Below, piece after piece: positions 63,224-64,000 of a stretch of DNA of 64,000 nucleotides. The translations under genes and the position numbers were made by a program. The DNA is taken from NCBI GenBank assembly GCA_000004985.1, contig GG738853.1, one strand, 5' to 3'. Source of the DNA: Naegleria gruberi. Lineage: Eukaryota. Below the pieces are notes generated by a model. That model ran no database searches, was not told the origin of the DNA, and saw only the letters and a program-made list of their open reading frames with translations. The stretch's first letter is position 1. Every line of letters starts with the position of its first letter.

Positions 63224-64000
63224 ATGCACCCGATTTCGGAGATGATTTTTAAAATTATTCAACTGCTAAAAATGAAACAAGAGCCTTCATCCTCAACGTT
63301 GCTTGTTGCATCATCACCTACATTGTCGGATTCGTGCTCTCTTGGAGGTGAAGCCTCTTCTGCAGTAACAAGATTGGATGGAGAAGAGTTGAAGAGTCAA
63401 AGTGATAATAATTTTCTTGTTGATGGCTCGGGTGATGGTAATGAAGAAGAAGAGGATGAGGTTGTTGTGGTCCGAAGAATGAAGAAGAAAAAGAAAAATT
63501 CAAATAGATCCTCTTCGTCAACATCGCCTATTAGTGTTGCATCATCGGATGAAATTGGAGAGGAAATTAAGAAAATGAGTATTGATGAAAAAGTTAGCAA
63601 GACATTGTTGAGTGTTTCGAATCATGATGAAGAGGCAGGCTTCACTTGTCCTTCATTGTCGAATTCTCCACCATCATATGCATTGTCACCAATGAAAAAT
63701 AGAGTAGTTTCATCAAATGATGGTGTAAATGGAGATATTCGTTGTACAACAAGATGGATTGATTGTTTGATGGTTGCTACATTTGACATTGAACTTGGAC
63801 AAAAAATTCATCAAGTATATCCTAGTGACTATCCTATTTCTCAATCTCAATTATCAGATATTGGTAGTGTATCTTAATATTAATATTGATCGTTAATTTA
63901 TTAATATTTGTGACATTTCGAATAGCATATCTATCATTTCCCGATGGAAATAATCAAACTTCAACCTCAGGAGCATCATCAGAAAAGCCAACTACATGCA
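63224..64000 (+). CDS. DENND6/FAM116-like (DENN-domain) protein, 5' part. Exon 1 ends near 63863-63866. Exon 2 starts at 63926 and runs off the window.
   Basis: Exon 1 ends 'RWIDCLMVATFDIELGQKIHQVYPSDYPISQSQLSDIG'. After an intron of about 60 nt (..AATAG), exon 2 begins '(T)YLSFPDGNNQTSTSGASSEKPTT'. Compare the DENND6 N-terminus '[23 protein letters not shown].....L...E...ICYLSFPDSNSG'. Confidence 0.5.

Noticed and set aside
1-64000. A prokaryotic or operon-style interpretation, and a search for phage, defence-system or mobile-element genes
   Set aside because: Strand-alternating monocistronic genes, spliceosomal introns with GT..AG boundaries, eukaryote-specific proteins (clathrin, HYDIN, importin-alpha, V-ATPase B) and the 5S Pol III terminator show this is nuclear eukaryotic DNA. 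No transposase, integrase, reverse transcriptase, LTR or TIR structures were recognised.
1-64000. tRNA, snRNA and snoRNA genes in the intergenic spacers
   Set aside because: I scanned by eye for tRNA D-loop and T-loop boxes (AGTGGTAG / GGTTCGAATCC-like) and for U6-like conserved cores. None were found convincingly apart from the 5S gene. Small RNAs cannot be excluded without covariance-model searches such as tRNAscan-SE and Infernal.

Overview
This window is AT-rich, gene-dense eukaryotic nuclear DNA, not prokaryotic. About 35 protein-coding genes sit on both strands with short intergenic spacers. Several are interrupted by ultrashort spliceosomal introns (37-97 nt; donors GTAAGT/GTATGT/GTAGGT, acceptor AG), and these introns cluster at the 5' ends of genes. 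The six-frame ORF track therefore splits several genes. I re-joined these by hand, checking reading-frame phase across each proposed splice junction. Recognisable genes include clathrin heavy chain (3 exons), a giant HYDIN flagellar central-pair protein (about 4370 aa, 3 exons), V-ATPase subunit B, two importin-alpha paralogs, TRM5, WDR4/Trm82, NOB1, RMI1, a PAP2 lipid phosphatase, a dual-specificity phosphatase, a GDPD phosphodiesterase, an RWP-RK transcription factor, several F-box/LRR genes, a DUF4116-repeat gene and a DENND6-like gene running off the 3' end. There is also a solitary 5S rRNA gene with a Pol III T-run terminator. The gene content (HYDIN implies a flagellated organism; DUF4116; F-box/LRR expansion; intron-poor genes with 5'-biased tiny introns; N/Q/Y-rich tails) fits a heterolobosean amoeboflagellate such as Naegleria. 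That assignment is inference, not proof. The most unusual items are: (i) a spliced gene fusing an S/T-rich membrane-anchor region to a retropepsin-like aspartic protease domain whose architecture resembles the bacterial RimK-associated family rather than eukaryotic DDI1, a candidate horizontal transfer; (ii) a three-exon stand-alone T4 Rnl1-type RNA ligase with KxDG and all downstream nucleotidyltransferase motifs but no kinase or CPDase domains; (iii) a membrane-anchored pepsin-fold protein with degenerate catalytic motifs; (iv) two same-strand importin-alpha paralogs about 5 kb apart, one strongly divergent; and (v) convergent gene pairs whose stop codons lie 2-57 nt apart. No CRISPR arrays, prophage or transposons were recognised. 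All function calls are by eye from motifs and remembered family consensus; no searches were run.
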